Shown: in pieces, positions 13,858 through 13,889 of the stretch
Numbering within the stretch: position 1 is the stretch's first letter
Layout of the letters: every line of letters begins with the position of its first letter
NCBI GenBank assembly: GCA_964373695.1
Contig: CAYJVT010000011.1
Coordinates: 8,046-21,934 of the forward strand
DNA from: an uncultured archaeon
GTDB taxonomy: Archaea > Aenigmatarchaeota > Aenigmatarchaeia > GW2011-AR5
DNA length: 13,889 bases
Reading direction: 5' to 3'
Notes under the pieces: generated by a model
Seen by the model: only the letters and a program-made list of their open reading frames with translations
The model's database searches: none
What the model was told of the DNA's origin: nothing
Position numbers and translations under genes: made by a program

Positions 13858-13889
13858 GTTCATTCTGTCAATTTAAAGGGATATAAACA

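Overview
All credible genes in this GC-rich window lie on the + strand, apart from a doubtful partial ORF at the left edge. Positions 201-4202 hold a compact, unusual type V-F (Cas12f/Cas14)-like or TnpB-derived CRISPR locus. It contains two tandem, highly diverged effector genes (605-2209, 2282-3652), and both appear to lack the RuvC-I Asp and RuvC-II Glu, so both are predicted nuclease-dead. They are flanked by two arrays that share a 37-bp repeat ending ATGGAAC: a degenerate mini-array at 201-378 and a 5-repeat array at 3872-4202. Four copies of a ~49-nt two-hairpin element lie beside the arrays. These show compensatory base changes, and their loop (UUCCA) and tail (AUCCC/AUCUC) are complementary to the repeat 3' end, like a minimal Cas12f tracrRNA. 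No cas1/cas2/cas4 is present in the window. Downstream is a tightly packed run of small, phage/MGE-like ORFs, including a Zn-ribbon protein, a stand-alone ZAS anti-sigma zinc domain, a degenerate sensor-less histidine kinase and an SPFH protein. These are followed by an AT-rich archaeal-type DUF2683/RelE toxin-antitoxin pair and a secreted protein with tandem Ig-like repeats and a FlgD_ig/T9SS-type C-terminal domain. Family assignments come from motif recognition by eye, not from database searches.
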